A stretch of 64,000 bases of DNA. It comes from an uncultured Gemmatimonadales bacterium (lineage in GTDB: Bacteria > Gemmatimonadota > Gemmatimonadetes > Gemmatimonadales > Gemmatimonadaceae). The DNA lies in assembly GCA_963707505.1 (NCBI GenBank), contig CAVPQB010000001.1, forward strand, positions 96,001 through 160,000, given 5' to 3'. The position numbers were made by a program, and so were the translations under genes. Under the pieces are notes generated by a model that was not told the origin of the DNA, made no database searches, and was given only the letters and a program-made list of their open reading frames with translations. Positions 38,636 through 48,800 of this stretch are shown here, one piece after another (within the stretch, counting starts at the first letter, position 1; every line of letters starts with the position of its first letter).

Positions 38636-40969
38636 GTGCGCATTCGTCTTTTTTCAGCGCTGATCTTCCTTGCGACCGCCCTACCGTGCACGCCCGCGCT
38701 CTCGGTCGCGCAACGTGCCGCATCCGCGGTACCGACGCCGGCCTCGGTGATCGGCTTCGCGCCCGGCACCGACCGCAAGCTTCCGGAATGGAAACAGGTC
38801 GTCGCCTACTTCCATGCGCTGGAAAAGGCGTCGCCGCGAATTCAGGTGCACACACTCGGCAAGACGACGCTCGGACGGCCGTTCCTCGCCGCTTACATCG
38901 CCGACTCGGCGACGATCGCGAACCTCGCGCATTACCGCGGCATCCAGCGCCTGCTCTCGGATCCGCGGCTCACGACGACCAGGACAGGTCACTAAGCTCC
39001 AGGTCGACGGCAAGCTCGTCATCCTCGTCACGTCGAGCATCCACTCCACGGAAGTCGGCGGCATCCTCACGCCGATGGTGCTCGCCCAGAAGCTTGTGGG
39101 AGACGAGGACGACAACACGCGCTCCATCCGGCGCAACACCATCGTGATTCTGGTCCCGTCGCTCAATCCGGACGGCGTGGACATCGTGCGGCGACTGGTA
39201 CGCGAGCTCCATCGGCACGCCGTGGGAAGGAAGCGGACCACCGGTGCTGTACCACCACTACACGGGCCACGACGACAACCGCGACTGGTACGCGTTCACG
39301 CAGGTCGAGACGCAGATGGTGATCGACTCGCTGTACAGTCCGTGGCATCCGCAGATCGTCAACGACATCCACCAGCAAGGCTCTTCAGGCACGCGGCATC
39401 TTCATTCCGCCGTACATGGATCCGATCGAGCCGAACATCGATCCCATCCTCATGGCGGGCGTAGCGCAGATGGGCAAGTCGATGACGTGGCGTCTGACCT
39501 CCGACGGATTCGTCGGCATCGCGAACAACACTTCGTACGATGCGTGGACTCCGGCGCGCGCGTATCAGCACTATCATGGTGCGATCCGCATCCTCACCGA
39601 GACGGCGAGCGCTGATCTCGCGTCGCCGATCAACGTACCATTCGATTCACTTCGCCCCGGCTACAATGTCGATCCCAAGAAGACCGGTGTCGATTTCCTC
39701 ACCACGTGGCCAGGCGGGAGATGGACCATCGGCGACATCGTTCGCTATCAGACCGCAGCAACCATGGCGTTGCTCACGCAAGCCGCTGCTGATCACATCG
39801 AATGGGTGCGCACATATTCGCAGGTCGAGCGCAACGCAGTGATGGGCAATCGCGCGCCGGGCCGGGAAGATTGGCCGTCGACGATCGTGATTCCAGCGGA
39901 GGCTGCACGCGATACCGCGATCAACGCGACGCTCGGCATTCTGCAGCGCGGGCAGGTTGAAGTGCGTCGCGCCACATCCGCGTTCAGTGCAGACGGAAAG
40001 CAGTTCCCTGCTGGTAGCTATCTGATCTACACCGCGCAGCCATACGCGGCGTTCGCGAAGACGCTGCTCGAAGATCAACACTATCCGAACCTGTTCGAGT
40101 ATCCTGGCGGTCCGCCGAAGCGACCGTACGATGTCACGGCGCAGACGCTGCCGCTGCTGTACGGGTTCAACGTGTCGTTCGTGCGCGATTCTGTCACCGT
40201 TGCATCGACTCCGCTCGCTCCGGTTCGCGCAATCCCATGGGTCGCGAAGGGGCTCAGCAACAACAAGTCGCGCCGCATCGCGATGTTCCAGAACTGGGCG
40301 CCGTCCATGGATCAGGGATGGACGCAGTGGGTGTTCGATCAGTACCACGTTCCGTACACGATGATCACCGCGAAGGACATTCGCGCCGGTAATCTCAACT
40401 CTCGCTTCGACGCGATAGTGCTGCCCGATCAGAATGCACGCCAGATCGCCGGCGGACCGCGCGGCGCATATCCCGATTCGCTCAAGGGCGGACTCGGCGA
40501 TGATGGAGCGAAGCAGCTGACGGCCTTCGTAAATGCCGGCGGTACTCTCGTGGCGTTCAACGGTGCGAGCAATTACGCGATCGAAGCGCTGTCGCTGCCG
40601 GTGAAGAACGTGCTCGCCGATGTGCGGCCGAAGGATTTCTACGCGCCAGGCTCGATCTTCAAGGTCGAGTTCGATCGGGCCAATCCTCTCGCCGCGGGTA
40701 TGACCGCACCGACACCCGCGGTCTGGTTCGAGGGAAGTCCCGCATTCGAAGTAACCGATCCATCACGTGCAACGATCGTCGCACGCTATCCTGCGCAAGG
40801 TGATCCACTCCTCTCCGGCTGGCTGCTCGGCGCAGACCGCGTCAATGGCAAGGCCGCGATGGTGGACGTGAAGCAGGGCAAGGGACACGTCGTGCTGTTC
40901 GGATTCCGCCCGCAGTACAGGGCGCAGAGCATGTCGACATATCCGCTGGTGTGGAATGCGTTGAGGTAA
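38636..40969 (+). CDS. Secreted M14 zinc carboxypeptidase with C-terminal glutamine-amidotransferase-like domain; three frameshifts
   Basis: Signal peptide; IHSTE, NPDG, DDNRD, DIHQ and PYDVTA lie in successive frames (shifts near 38980, 39189, 39397). Confidence 0.85.
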
Positions 40970-40986
40970 CTACCGATAGTTGTCGA

Positions 40987-41026
40987 AATCAAAACGCGCC
41001 TGCATTTCCGCAGGCGCGTTTTGATT
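40987..41026. terminator. Bidirectional intrinsic terminator
   Basis: aatcaaaacgcgcctgc-atttcc-gcaggcgcgttttgatt between convergent genes. Confidence 0.88.
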
Positions 41027-41047
41027 GTCTGTAACTTCTACACTCGA

Positions 41048-41647
41048 TCAATAAATCGTTTCATGCCGGGCAAGCATTGCTACGAAATCGGCGATTCTCT
41101 TCGCGCGAGTCTCCGCTCGCTTCGCGTTGTGAATGCGGAATAGAATAGCGTAGCGGTTCTGACTGGTTAACGTTGTGAAGAATTTTGCTGCGCGCGGCGT
41201 TGCTTGCAGCGCGGCCTGCAGATCAGGGGGAACTTCGATGGTTGCCTGTGATGCATAGGCAGCTTCCCATCGACCGTCCTTCTTTGCGCGCTCCATCTCA
41301 GAGATACCTGCCGGCATCATCTTTCCACTTTCCAGTAATGCAACCGCCTTGCCCCGATTGATCACGGACCAGATGCTTCGCGCACCACGCGGTGTGAATT
41401 TTTGAATGAACGTCTTTTCGTCGTATCCCTTTCTCTGGCTATCGATCCAACCGTAACACAGTGCGACATCGAGCGCTTCAGGGTGCGATACCGAGGGGAT
41501 GCCGGATCCTTTCTTCGCGATGCGGATCCAGATCCCCGCTGAAGTCGTGTGATGCTTGTCGAGCCACCTGTTCCACGCAGCCTGGTTGGCGAATGGAACG
41601 ATCGGAATCTCAGTCTGTGCTACGGCCTTCCTGGACGCTCGCGCCAT
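41048..41647 (-). CDS. YdeI/OmpD-associated family protein
   Basis: ALCYGWIDS, FTPR..SIWS.IN, AKRAETRAKRI. Confidence 0.9.
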   Translation of the reverse strand: MARASRKAVAQTEIPIVPFANQAAWNRWLDKHHTTSAGIWIRIAKKGSGIPSVSHPEALDVALCYGWIDSQRKGYDEKTFIQKFTPRGARSIWSVINRGKAVALLESGKMMPAGISEMERAKKDGRWEAAYASQATIEVPPDLQAALQATPRAAKFFTTLTSQNRYAILFRIHNAKRAETRAKRIADFVAMLARHETIY

Positions 41648-41665
41648 TCAGTGCGGTACCCGAAG

Positions 41666-42424
41666 CTACGGCTTGGGCTTGAGTGATTGCATTGCCCGGG
41701 TCGCTCCACGGTCCTTCGGGTCGATCGACAGCGCCTTCTCGAAACTCTTGATCGCCGTCGCCGTATCGCCGGAGGCAAGTTGCGCACTACCAGCCTGCGA
41801 CCATGCAGACGCGGAGTTCGGTGCGTATTCCAGGTTCAGCATGTAGAACTTGAGAGCGTCCGCGACCTTGTTGCGCTGACGCAATGCGCCGCCAACCACG
41901 GCCAATGGCGTTTCACCGAAATCGTACGACGCGCGTCCGTAATAGTGCTGTCTCAGATCCCGATACGTCGCGATGGCGGAATCGGCGCCGGCGGAATCGT
42001 AACGAGTGAGAATTACCTGTTCGAGCGGCCGAGGCTCCATCACACCACGGTGACAGGTCGCGCACGTAACGACAATTGGCGGCTGCATTCTCGATGAGAG
42101 TTTCGTCAGGTAGTCTGCGTTGATCGCAGTAACCATACGAAGCATCGTGCGTGCCTTGTCCTTGTTCGGCTTCACATCCGATGCGAAGTCGTGCCGGTCG
42201 CGCGGGATGCTGTCGTCGACCATGTGGCAGAACGCACAGTTAACACCGAGGGCTCGCGTGAACGTACCCATCGTATCGAGTAGCGCCTGCCGAGAGATAT
42301 CCTTCGGGAAGAACTTGAGGTTCTTGAGAGGCGGTGGCGGCCCCTGATTCTGCGCACCGACGGAAAGTACAGGAATCGCGATGGAAGCAAGAGCAGCAAA
42401 TGCAAGAACACGAAAACGTGTCAT
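41666..42424 (-). CDS. Exported diheme c-type cytochrome with C-terminal TPR
   Basis: Signal peptide, ALGVNCAFCH, VTCATCHRG, TPR-like tail (FEKALSIDP). Confidence 0.85.
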   Translation of the reverse strand: MTRFRVLAFAALASIAIPVLSVGAQNQGPPPPLKNLKFFPKDISRQALLDTMGTFTRALGVNCAFCHMVDDSIPRDRHDFASDVKPNKDKARTMLRMVTAINADYLTKLSSRMQPPIVVTCATCHRGVMEPRPLEQVILTRYDSAGADSAIATYRDLRQHYYGRASYDFGETPLAVVGGALRQRNKVADALKFYMLNLEYAPNSASAWSQAGSAQLASGDTATAIKSFEKALSIDPKDRGATRAMQSLKPKP

Positions 42425-42586
42425 GGTTGATCCTGGAAGTTGAGCGCCACAGTCGGTGCCACGGGTGCAGTCTCCGCCGTCGCCTAAAACATGCGGGAAA
42501 TGGCGCGGTTTCGGAAGAGTGGCTGGAGGCACAATTCGATCATCCCCCCACCAGACCCCCGCCTCGTCCTGCGGCATGACAGAAAC

Positions 42587-42631
42587 TTGACGCCGTAATT
42601 CCGGAAGTCTAGCTTCGCGTCACGAAGGAGG
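42587..42631 (+). promoter_or_regulatory. Sigma70-type promoter and RBS for the 42639 gene
   Basis: TTGACG-17 nt-TAGCTT, then AAGGAGG 7 nt before ATG. Confidence 0.6.
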
Positions 42632-42638
42632 AGTTTGC

Positions 42639-44405
42639 ATGACCTACGAGTCACTCGTAAACGCGCGTAATACCCGGAATACTGTTGCTGGCGCGATCGC
42701 TTCACTGCTGCTGGGCATGGTGAGCAATCCGCTGATCGGCCCGTGTGGGATGGTGGATGCGCAATCCACTGCCGGACTTCGCGGACTTCGGTTCGATGTC
42801 TCGTTTCCTGCGTCTGTGTCGCCAGACAGGCAGGATGGCCACATCATTCTCATCGTATCCCGTGATACCAGTGCCGAGCCGCGGTTCCAGTATCAGGTTT
42901 ACAATCCGGATGTGCAGCCGGCGTTCGGCCTCGACGTGGATGGGCTTGCACCTGGGGCGACCGCTGTCATCGACTCGAAAGTCTTCGGATGGCCGCTCAG
43001 GAGCGTCGTGGACATTCCGCCGGGCGATTATCGGGTGCAGGCCGTGCTCAATCGTTACGAGACGTTCCATCGCGCTGACGGACACGCCATCAAGCTCGCG
43101 CCCGACAAGGGCGAGGGACAGCACTGGTTCAGCAAGCCGGGCAATTTCTACAGCGAACCGATGCACGTACATCTCGACCCCGCATCGGGACAGACAGTGC
43201 GCATCAGCATGAACAAGGTGATCCCGCCAATTCCGGAACCGAAGGACACCAAGTGGGTGAAGTACGTGCGGATCAGGAGCGAGCTGCTGTCGAAGTTCTG
43301 GGGCCGTCCGATGTACCTTGGCGCGTACGTGCTGCTACCCGCAGGATTCGACGATCATCCGGCGGCGCGCTATCCGCTCGCCGTCGACCAGGGACACTAT
43401 CCAACCGGTTTCGGCGAGTTCAGCCCGAACCCCCCGACACCGGGCTCACGCGACAGCATACGCGTGTCGTACGCGTACGATCTGTACAAGCAATGGACAG
43501 GACCGAAGTTCCCGCGCATGCTCGTCATGAAGATCCAGCATGCCAACCCGTACTACGACGACTCATACGCGGTTAATTCCGCGAACCTCGGTCCGTACGG
43601 CGACGCGATCGTAAAGGAGCTCATCCCTTACGTCGAGAAGAGATTTCGCGGGATCGGACAGGGATGGGCGCGGACGCTGTATGGCGGTTCCACCGGCGGA
43701 TGGGAATCACTCGGTGACCAGGTATTCTATCCGGACGACTTCAACGGCGCGTGGGCGTTCTGCCCGGATCCGGTCGACTTCCGACAGTACGAAACGATCA
43801 ACATCTACAGCGACACAAACGCCTTCTATTTCAATGCGGATTGGAAGAAGACACCGCAGCCGTCAGGTCGTAATTACCTCGGTCATCTGCTCACCACGGT
43901 GGAGAACGACAACCACTGGGAATACGTTCAGGGCCAGAAGAACCGCTCGACCGAGCAGTGGGACATATGGGAATCGGTGTTTGGCCCTGTCGGTGCGGAC
44001 GGATATCCGCAGCGTATTTACGACAAGCTCACAGGCCATATCGATCCGAAAGTAGCGGCGTACTGGAAGGAACATTACGATCTTAGAAACATCCTTCAGC
44101 GCGACTGGGCGACGCTCGGTCCCAAGCTTGTCGGAAAGATTCACATCTATTCCGGGACGATGGACAGCTGGCACCTGAACAATGCTGTGTATCTGATGCA
44201 GGACTTTCTCGATGGCACGAAGGATCCGTACTACGCGGGATCAGTCGAGTATGGAGATCGTTACGAACACTGCTGGACCGGTGACTCGCAGCATTCCTTG
44301 CGCATAGGCGGCATGACGGTCGATCAGCGTTTCATTCCGGTGATGGCGCAGCACATCGTGAAGACGGCACCAGCCGGCGCAGATACGGTCAGCTGGCGCT
44401 ACTGA
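42639..44405 (+). CDS. Exported alpha/beta-hydrolase (putative esterase)
   Basis: VLLPAGF..YP, NSANLGPYGDA, GGSTGGW, terminal EHCW. Confidence 0.8.
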   Translation: MTYESLVNARNTRNTVAGAIASLLLGMVSNPLIGPCGMVDAQSTAGLRGLRFDVSFPASVSPDRQDGHIILIVSRDTSAEPRFQYQVYNPDVQPAFGLDVDGLAPGATAVIDSKVFGWPLRSVVDIPPGDYRVQAVLNRYETFHRADGHAIKLAPDKGEGQHWFSKPGNFYSEPMHVHLDPASGQTVRISMNKVIPPIPEPKDTKWVKYVRIRSELLSKFWGRPMYLGAYVLLPAGFDDHPAARYPLAVDQGHYPTGFGEFSPNPPTPGSRDSIRVSYAYDLYKQWTGPKFPRMLVMKIQHANPYYDDSYAVNSANLGPYGDAIVKELIPYVEKRFRGIGQGWARTLYGGSTGGWESLGDQVFYPDDFNGAWAFCPDPVDFRQYETINIYSDTNAFYFNADWKKTPQPSGRNYLGHLLTTVENDNHWEYVQGQKNRSTEQWDIWESVFGPVGADGYPQRIYDKLTGHIDPKVAAYWKEHYDLRNILQRDWATLGPKLVGKIHIYSGTMDSWHLNNAVYLMQDFLDGTKDPYYAGSVEYGDRYEHCWTGDSQHSLRIGGMTVDQRFIPVMAQHIVKTAPAGADTVSWRY

Positions 44406-45216
44406 TCAGGTTGGCAATCTCGCGCGAGGTGATCGGCTCGTCCACAAACGTGAATGTGCCGAGCTCCTTCATCTCGCGCGCTGCACGGATAACTGCGGCA
44501 AATGCGATACGAGTGAGCGCGCCGCCAACGCTGATGCGCTTTGCGCCGATCCGCGATAGCCCATCGACGTCGAAGTGCACTCCCTGCATTCCGGCCAGAA
44601 CGTTTACCGGCCTGTCCACCGAGCGTATCATGGTCGCGATCTCCGTCACATCCGTCATGCCTGGCGCATACAGGACGTCGGCGCCAGCCTCCTGAAAGGC
44701 TTGCAGTCGCTTGATGGTATCCGCAAGATCCTTGCGACCGTGCAGATAGTTCTCCGAGCGCGCGGTCAACATGAAGGGAAACGGTAGATTGCGTACCTGC
44801 TCCACCGCCGCGCGAATACGATCGACCGAATGCTCGAACGCGTAGATCGGATCGTCATTGCGGTTGGTGCTGTCCTCGATCGAACAGCCCGCCAGGCCAG
44901 CTCCAGCGGCCATGCGGATCGTCTCCGCGACTGTCGCGGGATCATCACCAAAGCCGTTTTCGAGATCGGCGCTCACCGGCAACTCCGTCGCGGCCGCCAA
45001 CGACGCTGAGTGAGCGATCATCTCCTCGCGTGTGACACCGTGATCCTGGCGACCGATCGAGTTTGCGTACCCCACGCTCGTGGTTGCCAGCGCCTCGAAC
45101 CCCGTGCCCGCGAGAATTCGCGCAGAGCCGACGTCCCACGGATTTGGAATTACAAATGCGCTATCGCGGTAGTGCAAATCGCGAAATAGCCGTCCCTTCT
45201 CTGCCTGTGTTATCAT
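44389..45216 (-). CDS. Isocitrate lyase/PEP mutase family protein
   Basis: PNPWDVGSA, ATTS, SADLENGFG, SIED, AGADVLYAPG. Confidence 0.9.
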   Translation of the reverse strand: MITQAEKGRLFRDLHYRDSAFVIPNPWDVGSARILAGTGFEALATTSVGYANSIGRQDHGVTREEMIAHSASLAAATELPVSADLENGFGDDPATVAETIRMAAGAGLAGCSIEDSTNRNDDPIYAFEHSVDRIRAAVEQVRNLPFPFMLTARSENYLHGRKDLADTIKRLQAFQEAGADVLYAPGMTDVTEIATMIRSVDRPVNVLAGMQGVHFDVDGLSRIGAKRISVGGALTRIAFAAVIRAAREMKELGTFTFVDEPITSREIANLISSAS

Positions 45217-45252
45217 CGCAACGACTCTCGTTTCAGTAAGCGACCGTACCGA

Positions 45253-45663
45253 TCACGGCGCGAACAATGGAGTGAGATCGACGTAGATGCGACACTCATC
45301 CGCAAGCGGTGATGATGAAATATTGATCGGTACCAGATGAAAGATCGTTACCGCTGGCACGGTTACCTCCTCTCCGTCATGTCTGACGTAAGTAACGACC
45401 GCCTCGAGAACGACGGTGTCGCCATCCATCCAGGTGCGTCCGGAGTGATGCCGCAAGGACCGGAACGCACTGAAGAATTGCGCGATGGCAACCTGGATCG
45501 CACCGCGCCCGACTATCGTATCGGAATTGCCGAAGCGAAGTGTACCCTCCTCGGTGAATGCGGCCGCGAAGCCGTCCGCATCCTTGCGATCCACGTGCTC
45601 CGAATAAAGCGTATCAGCCCAGCGAACCACGTCGTCACGTGTGCGGCCTGCGTCCTGCGCCAA
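45253..45663 (-). CDS. SnoaL/NTF2-like protein
   Basis: FAAAFTEEG..FGN..GRGAI, RIYVDLTPLF. Confidence 0.82.
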   Translation of the reverse strand: MAQDAGRTRDDVVRWADTLYSEHVDRKDADGFAAAFTEEGTLRFGNSDTIVGRGAIQVAIAQFFSAFRSLRHHSGRTWMDGDTVVLEAVVTYVRHDGEEVTVPAVTIFHLVPINISSSPLADECRIYVDLTPLFAP

Positions 45664-45719
45664 GATGGATCTCCTGTTAAATGGTGATCGTCGAAAGATA
45701 TACGAACCGACCCACGCAA

Positions 45720-45746
45720 CACAGCGCGCATCACAGCGCGCATCAC
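45720..45746. repeat. 12-bp tandem duplication containing the stop codon of the S9 peptidase gene
   Basis: cacagcgcgcat x2 plus cac. Confidence 0.8.
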
Positions 45747-47887
45747 TGCATCAACTTGCGCGTGAAGTAGGTCATCTCCAACGCAGTCGTGTGCGCGCGC
45801 TCCTTGAGACTCGCACCCGAGCCGTGACCGCCTTCGATCACTTCGTAGAACATGTACGGAATGTTCATCGACGCGAGCTTTGCCGCGAATTTCCGTGCGT
45901 GCTGCGGACCGACACGGTCATCCTTTGTCGTTGTCCAGATCAGCGGCTCGGGGTACTTCACGTTGGCGCGAACGTTGTTGTACGGTGACAGATATTCCAG
46001 GAACTTGCGTTCTGCCGGAACCGATACACTGCCGTACTCGCCCACCCACGAGCTTCCGGCTGCGATCTGCTCGTAACGTAGCATGTCCAGCAACGGAACC
46101 TGGATGTCCACCGCAGTCCACATCTCCGGATGCTGAGTGAACTCGACACCCATCAACAGACCGCCGTTCGATCCCCCCTGAATGCCGAGCCGGCGTGTGC
46201 TCGTGATTCCGCGCTTGACGAGATCCTGCGCAACCGCGGCGAAATCGTCATACACCACCTGGCGATGCGTCTTGAGACCCGCTTCATGCCACGCCGGTCC
46301 GAACTCGCCGCCTCCGCGAATGTTCGCGAGCACCCACACTCCGCCGTGCTCGAGCCAGAGCTTGCCGATGTTCGCCGAGTAGTTCGGCGTCTCCGACACC
46401 TGGAATCCGCCGTACGCGTAGAGGATCGTTGGATTGTGCCCGTCCAGCTTCATGCCGCGGCGATGTACGACGAAGTACGGTACATGTGTGCCGTCCTTCG
46501 ATGTAGCGTCGAACTGCTCGACGACGTCACCCGACGCGTCAAACTTGGGCGGAAGCGACTTGACCGATGATAGCGCGCCCGATTGCGCATCCACCAGCCA
46601 TACCGAGCTCGGCGTCAGAAATCCGGTCACGCCAAGGAACGCATTGTTCGAATGCGCATCCGCATCGACGATCCCGATCGTGAGATTATCCGGAAACTTG
46701 AGCTGTGCGCGTGTCCAACCGTTGACACGTGCCGGTGTGTACGTGTATGCGCGTCCACGCACGTTGTCGAGCTGCGTGAGGATGAGCGCGTTCTTCGTCG
46801 TAGCCATCCCACTGATCGATTCGCGGGGACCGGGCGCTACGACAAGCGTCGGCGCAAACTTCGCCGGACTCGCGAGCATCGCGGCCAGAGGAACTGATAC
46901 TACAGATCCAGCCTTGAAGGCGGTGCCACCAGCCGGCGTCCAGGCTGTGTCCAGCGAGATGATCACTCTGCCGGCGACGATTGCCGACACCGACGACTTG
47001 AGCGGAAGCGCGAGCTTCTCGAATCCGTTTCGCGTGAGAATGAACTGCTCGGCCTCGAACGTACTCAGCGGACGGGACACGAACACAGCATGATTACCAT
47101 CGCCGTCGTCAAGCGTGAAGGGCGACACGCCATATCCACCGTCGTTGGCGGTTCCGCGAAACACTTCGGTCGCAGCTGACAGCGGCTGCCCGCGCCTGAT
47201 TCGCTTTACAATGTAAGGATACCCCGACTTCGTGATCTCGCCTGGTGCCCACTCGCGCGCGACCAGCAACGTGTTGGGATCTTCCCACGCAACGCGCTGC
47301 TTGCCATGCGGCAATACGAATCCGCCGTTCACGAAACTCGCGGTCGGCAGATCGATCTCCCGAACAGTTACGGCATCCTCGCCGCCGTCCGACAGTTGAA
47401 CCATGCAATGGCGCTCCGCTGGCTCCGCGCACGTACTCCCCTTCCAGAACCAGTTTGCCTTCTCTGACTTCGAGAGTGCGTCGAGGTCGAGCACGGTCGT
47501 CCATGCCGGTGACGCGCTTCGATAGCTGGCAAGCGTGGTGCGCCGCCAGACTCCGTGCGTATGCTCCGCGTCCTGCCAGAAGTTGTAGATCTGACCATCG
47601 ATTATGGACGGTGACGGAATGCGGTCGCGCGCCTCCGCCAACTTCACCGCGTCGGCGTAAAGCGCGGCGTAGTGCGGATCCTTTTCGAGCACCGCAACGG
47701 TCTTCGCGTTTTCCGCGTTCACCCACGTCATGGATCGTGGACTGGAAACCTGCTCCAGCCACACAAAGGGATCGTTGCTGACCGCAACTGACGGATGTGC
47801 TGCCGCCCCGGACTGTGCGCCGATGGACGGGCCGGCAAATGCGACGAGCGCCGCAGCCAGCGAGAGTGACCGAAACGAGAGTTTCAT
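45743..47887 (-). CDS. Prolyl oligopeptidase (S9A), secreted
   Basis: DPFVWLE, YGGF, NIRGGGEFG, GGSNGG, DDRV, GGH. Confidence 0.94.
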   Translation of the reverse strand: MKLSFRSLSLAAALVAFAGPSIGAQSGAAAHPSVAVSNDPFVWLEQVSSPRSMTWVNAENAKTVAVLEKDPHYAALYADAVKLAEARDRIPSPSIIDGQIYNFWQDAEHTHGVWRRTTLASYRSASPAWTTVLDLDALSKSEKANWFWKGSTCAEPAERHCMVQLSDGGEDAVTVREIDLPTASFVNGGFVLPHGKQRVAWEDPNTLLVAREWAPGEITKSGYPYIVKRIRRGQPLSAATEVFRGTANDGGYGVSPFTLDDGDGNHAVFVSRPLSTFEAEQFILTRNGFEKLALPLKSSVSAIVAGRVIISLDTAWTPAGGTAFKAGSVVSVPLAAMLASPAKFAPTLVVAPGPRESISGMATTKNALILTQLDNVRGRAYTYTPARVNGWTRAQLKFPDNLTIGIVDADAHSNNAFLGVTGFLTPSSVWLVDAQSGALSSVKSLPPKFDASGDVVEQFDATSKDGTHVPYFVVHRRGMKLDGHNPTILYAYGGFQVSETPNYSANIGKLWLEHGGVWVLANIRGGGEFGPAWHEAGLKTHRQVVYDDFAAVAQDLVKRGITSTRRLGIQGGSNGGLLMGVEFTQHPEMWTAVDIQVPLLDMLRYEQIAAGSSWVGEYGSVSVPAERKFLEYLSPYNNVRANVKYPEPLIWTTTKDDRVGPQHARKFAAKLASMNIPYMFYEVIEGGHGSGASLKERAHTTALEMTYFTRKLMQ

Positions 47888-47925
47888 GGCCCTTGAGAGT
47901 TTGTGGTACGGAGAGAATAGCGCGC

Positions 47926-48777
47926 CTACGGGCGCGGCGCCACCGTCACACTCGCGATGCTATTGTGCGTCGGCGGGTGAAGCCCATCGCTGCGTTTACC
48001 CAGGTACCGCTCGATCTCGGACTCCGTAGGAACCACTGGCGCCGAAAGGCCGACTTCAGCGCACAATCTCCCGACTTCGCCGATGTCGAGCGCCGAGCGA
48101 AACGGCTCGCCAGAGGCAGCCACGATTTCGGCGAGTGACGGAATTCCCGGTGGCATCGGTCGCGGATGGCCGCCGAACGTGAAGACGAACTCACTTGATG
48201 GCGCCAGCGACGTGATGAATCGAAAGAGATCCGTCACCGCGTCCATCGTCAGATAGACCAGAACGCCCAGACAGGAGACGAATGTCGGAGTGGTAAAGTC
48301 GAAGCCGTTGGCTGTGAGACGGTCGCGCAGCGTTTCGTGCTCGAAATCGACCGAAACGAAGGCGAGGTTGCGGGGAATGGAAATCGACGCCGCCGCCAAC
48401 CTCTCGCGCTTGGCGTCCTGGCTGGTTGGATGATCCACTTCGTAGATGTGCAGTCCGTGCGCCCATTCCGGTTGACGGTACGCGAATGTGTCCAGGCCTG
48501 CGCCAAGCACGAGAAACTGCTTCACACCTCGAGCGACAGCGATGCGCAATCTCTCTTCCGCGTATCGGCTGCGGAGCAGAACGTGTACCCGAAGTCCACT
48601 CGCACGTCTCTCCGCGAATCGGTCAGCATGTTCGCGCACCCGTGCCGTGGTATCCGGTCCAAGTAGCCGAACGACGACCGTATCGTCGAGGATCCGCGGT
48701 GATCCGTCGAGTATCTGATGCGCGGCTCGTAGTGTCGCGACTCCTACGGCGGTGTTGCTCGCTGGTCGATCTGGCAC
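47926..48777 (-). CDS. SAM-dependent methyltransferase (LCM-like family)
   Basis: RAAH, RSRYAE, LGAGLDT.AYR, YEVDHP, GVLVYL. Confidence 0.88.
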   Translation of the reverse strand: MPDRPASNTAVGVATLRAAHQILDGSPRILDDTVVVRLLGPDTTARVREHADRFAERRASGLRVHVLLRSRYAEERLRIAVARGVKQFLVLGAGLDTFAYRQPEWAHGLHIYEVDHPTSQDAKRERLAAASISIPRNLAFVSVDFEHETLRDRLTANGFDFTTPTFVSCLGVLVYLTMDAVTDLFRFITSLAPSSEFVFTFGGHPRPMPPGIPSLAEIVAASGEPFRSALDIGEVGRLCAEVGLSAPVVPTESEIERYLGKRSDGLHPPTHNSIASVTVAPRP

Positions 48778-48800
48778 CCGTCAAAGATGTGCCGCAGTTC

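Noticed and set aside
38960..39410. Programmed ribosomal frameshifting in the M14 gene
   Set aside because: No slippery heptamers seen, and three shifts in a row fit indel errors better.
41666..42424. Photosynthesis gene pufC
   Set aside because: Only two hemes plus a TPR, and no puf, bch or crt genes nearby.
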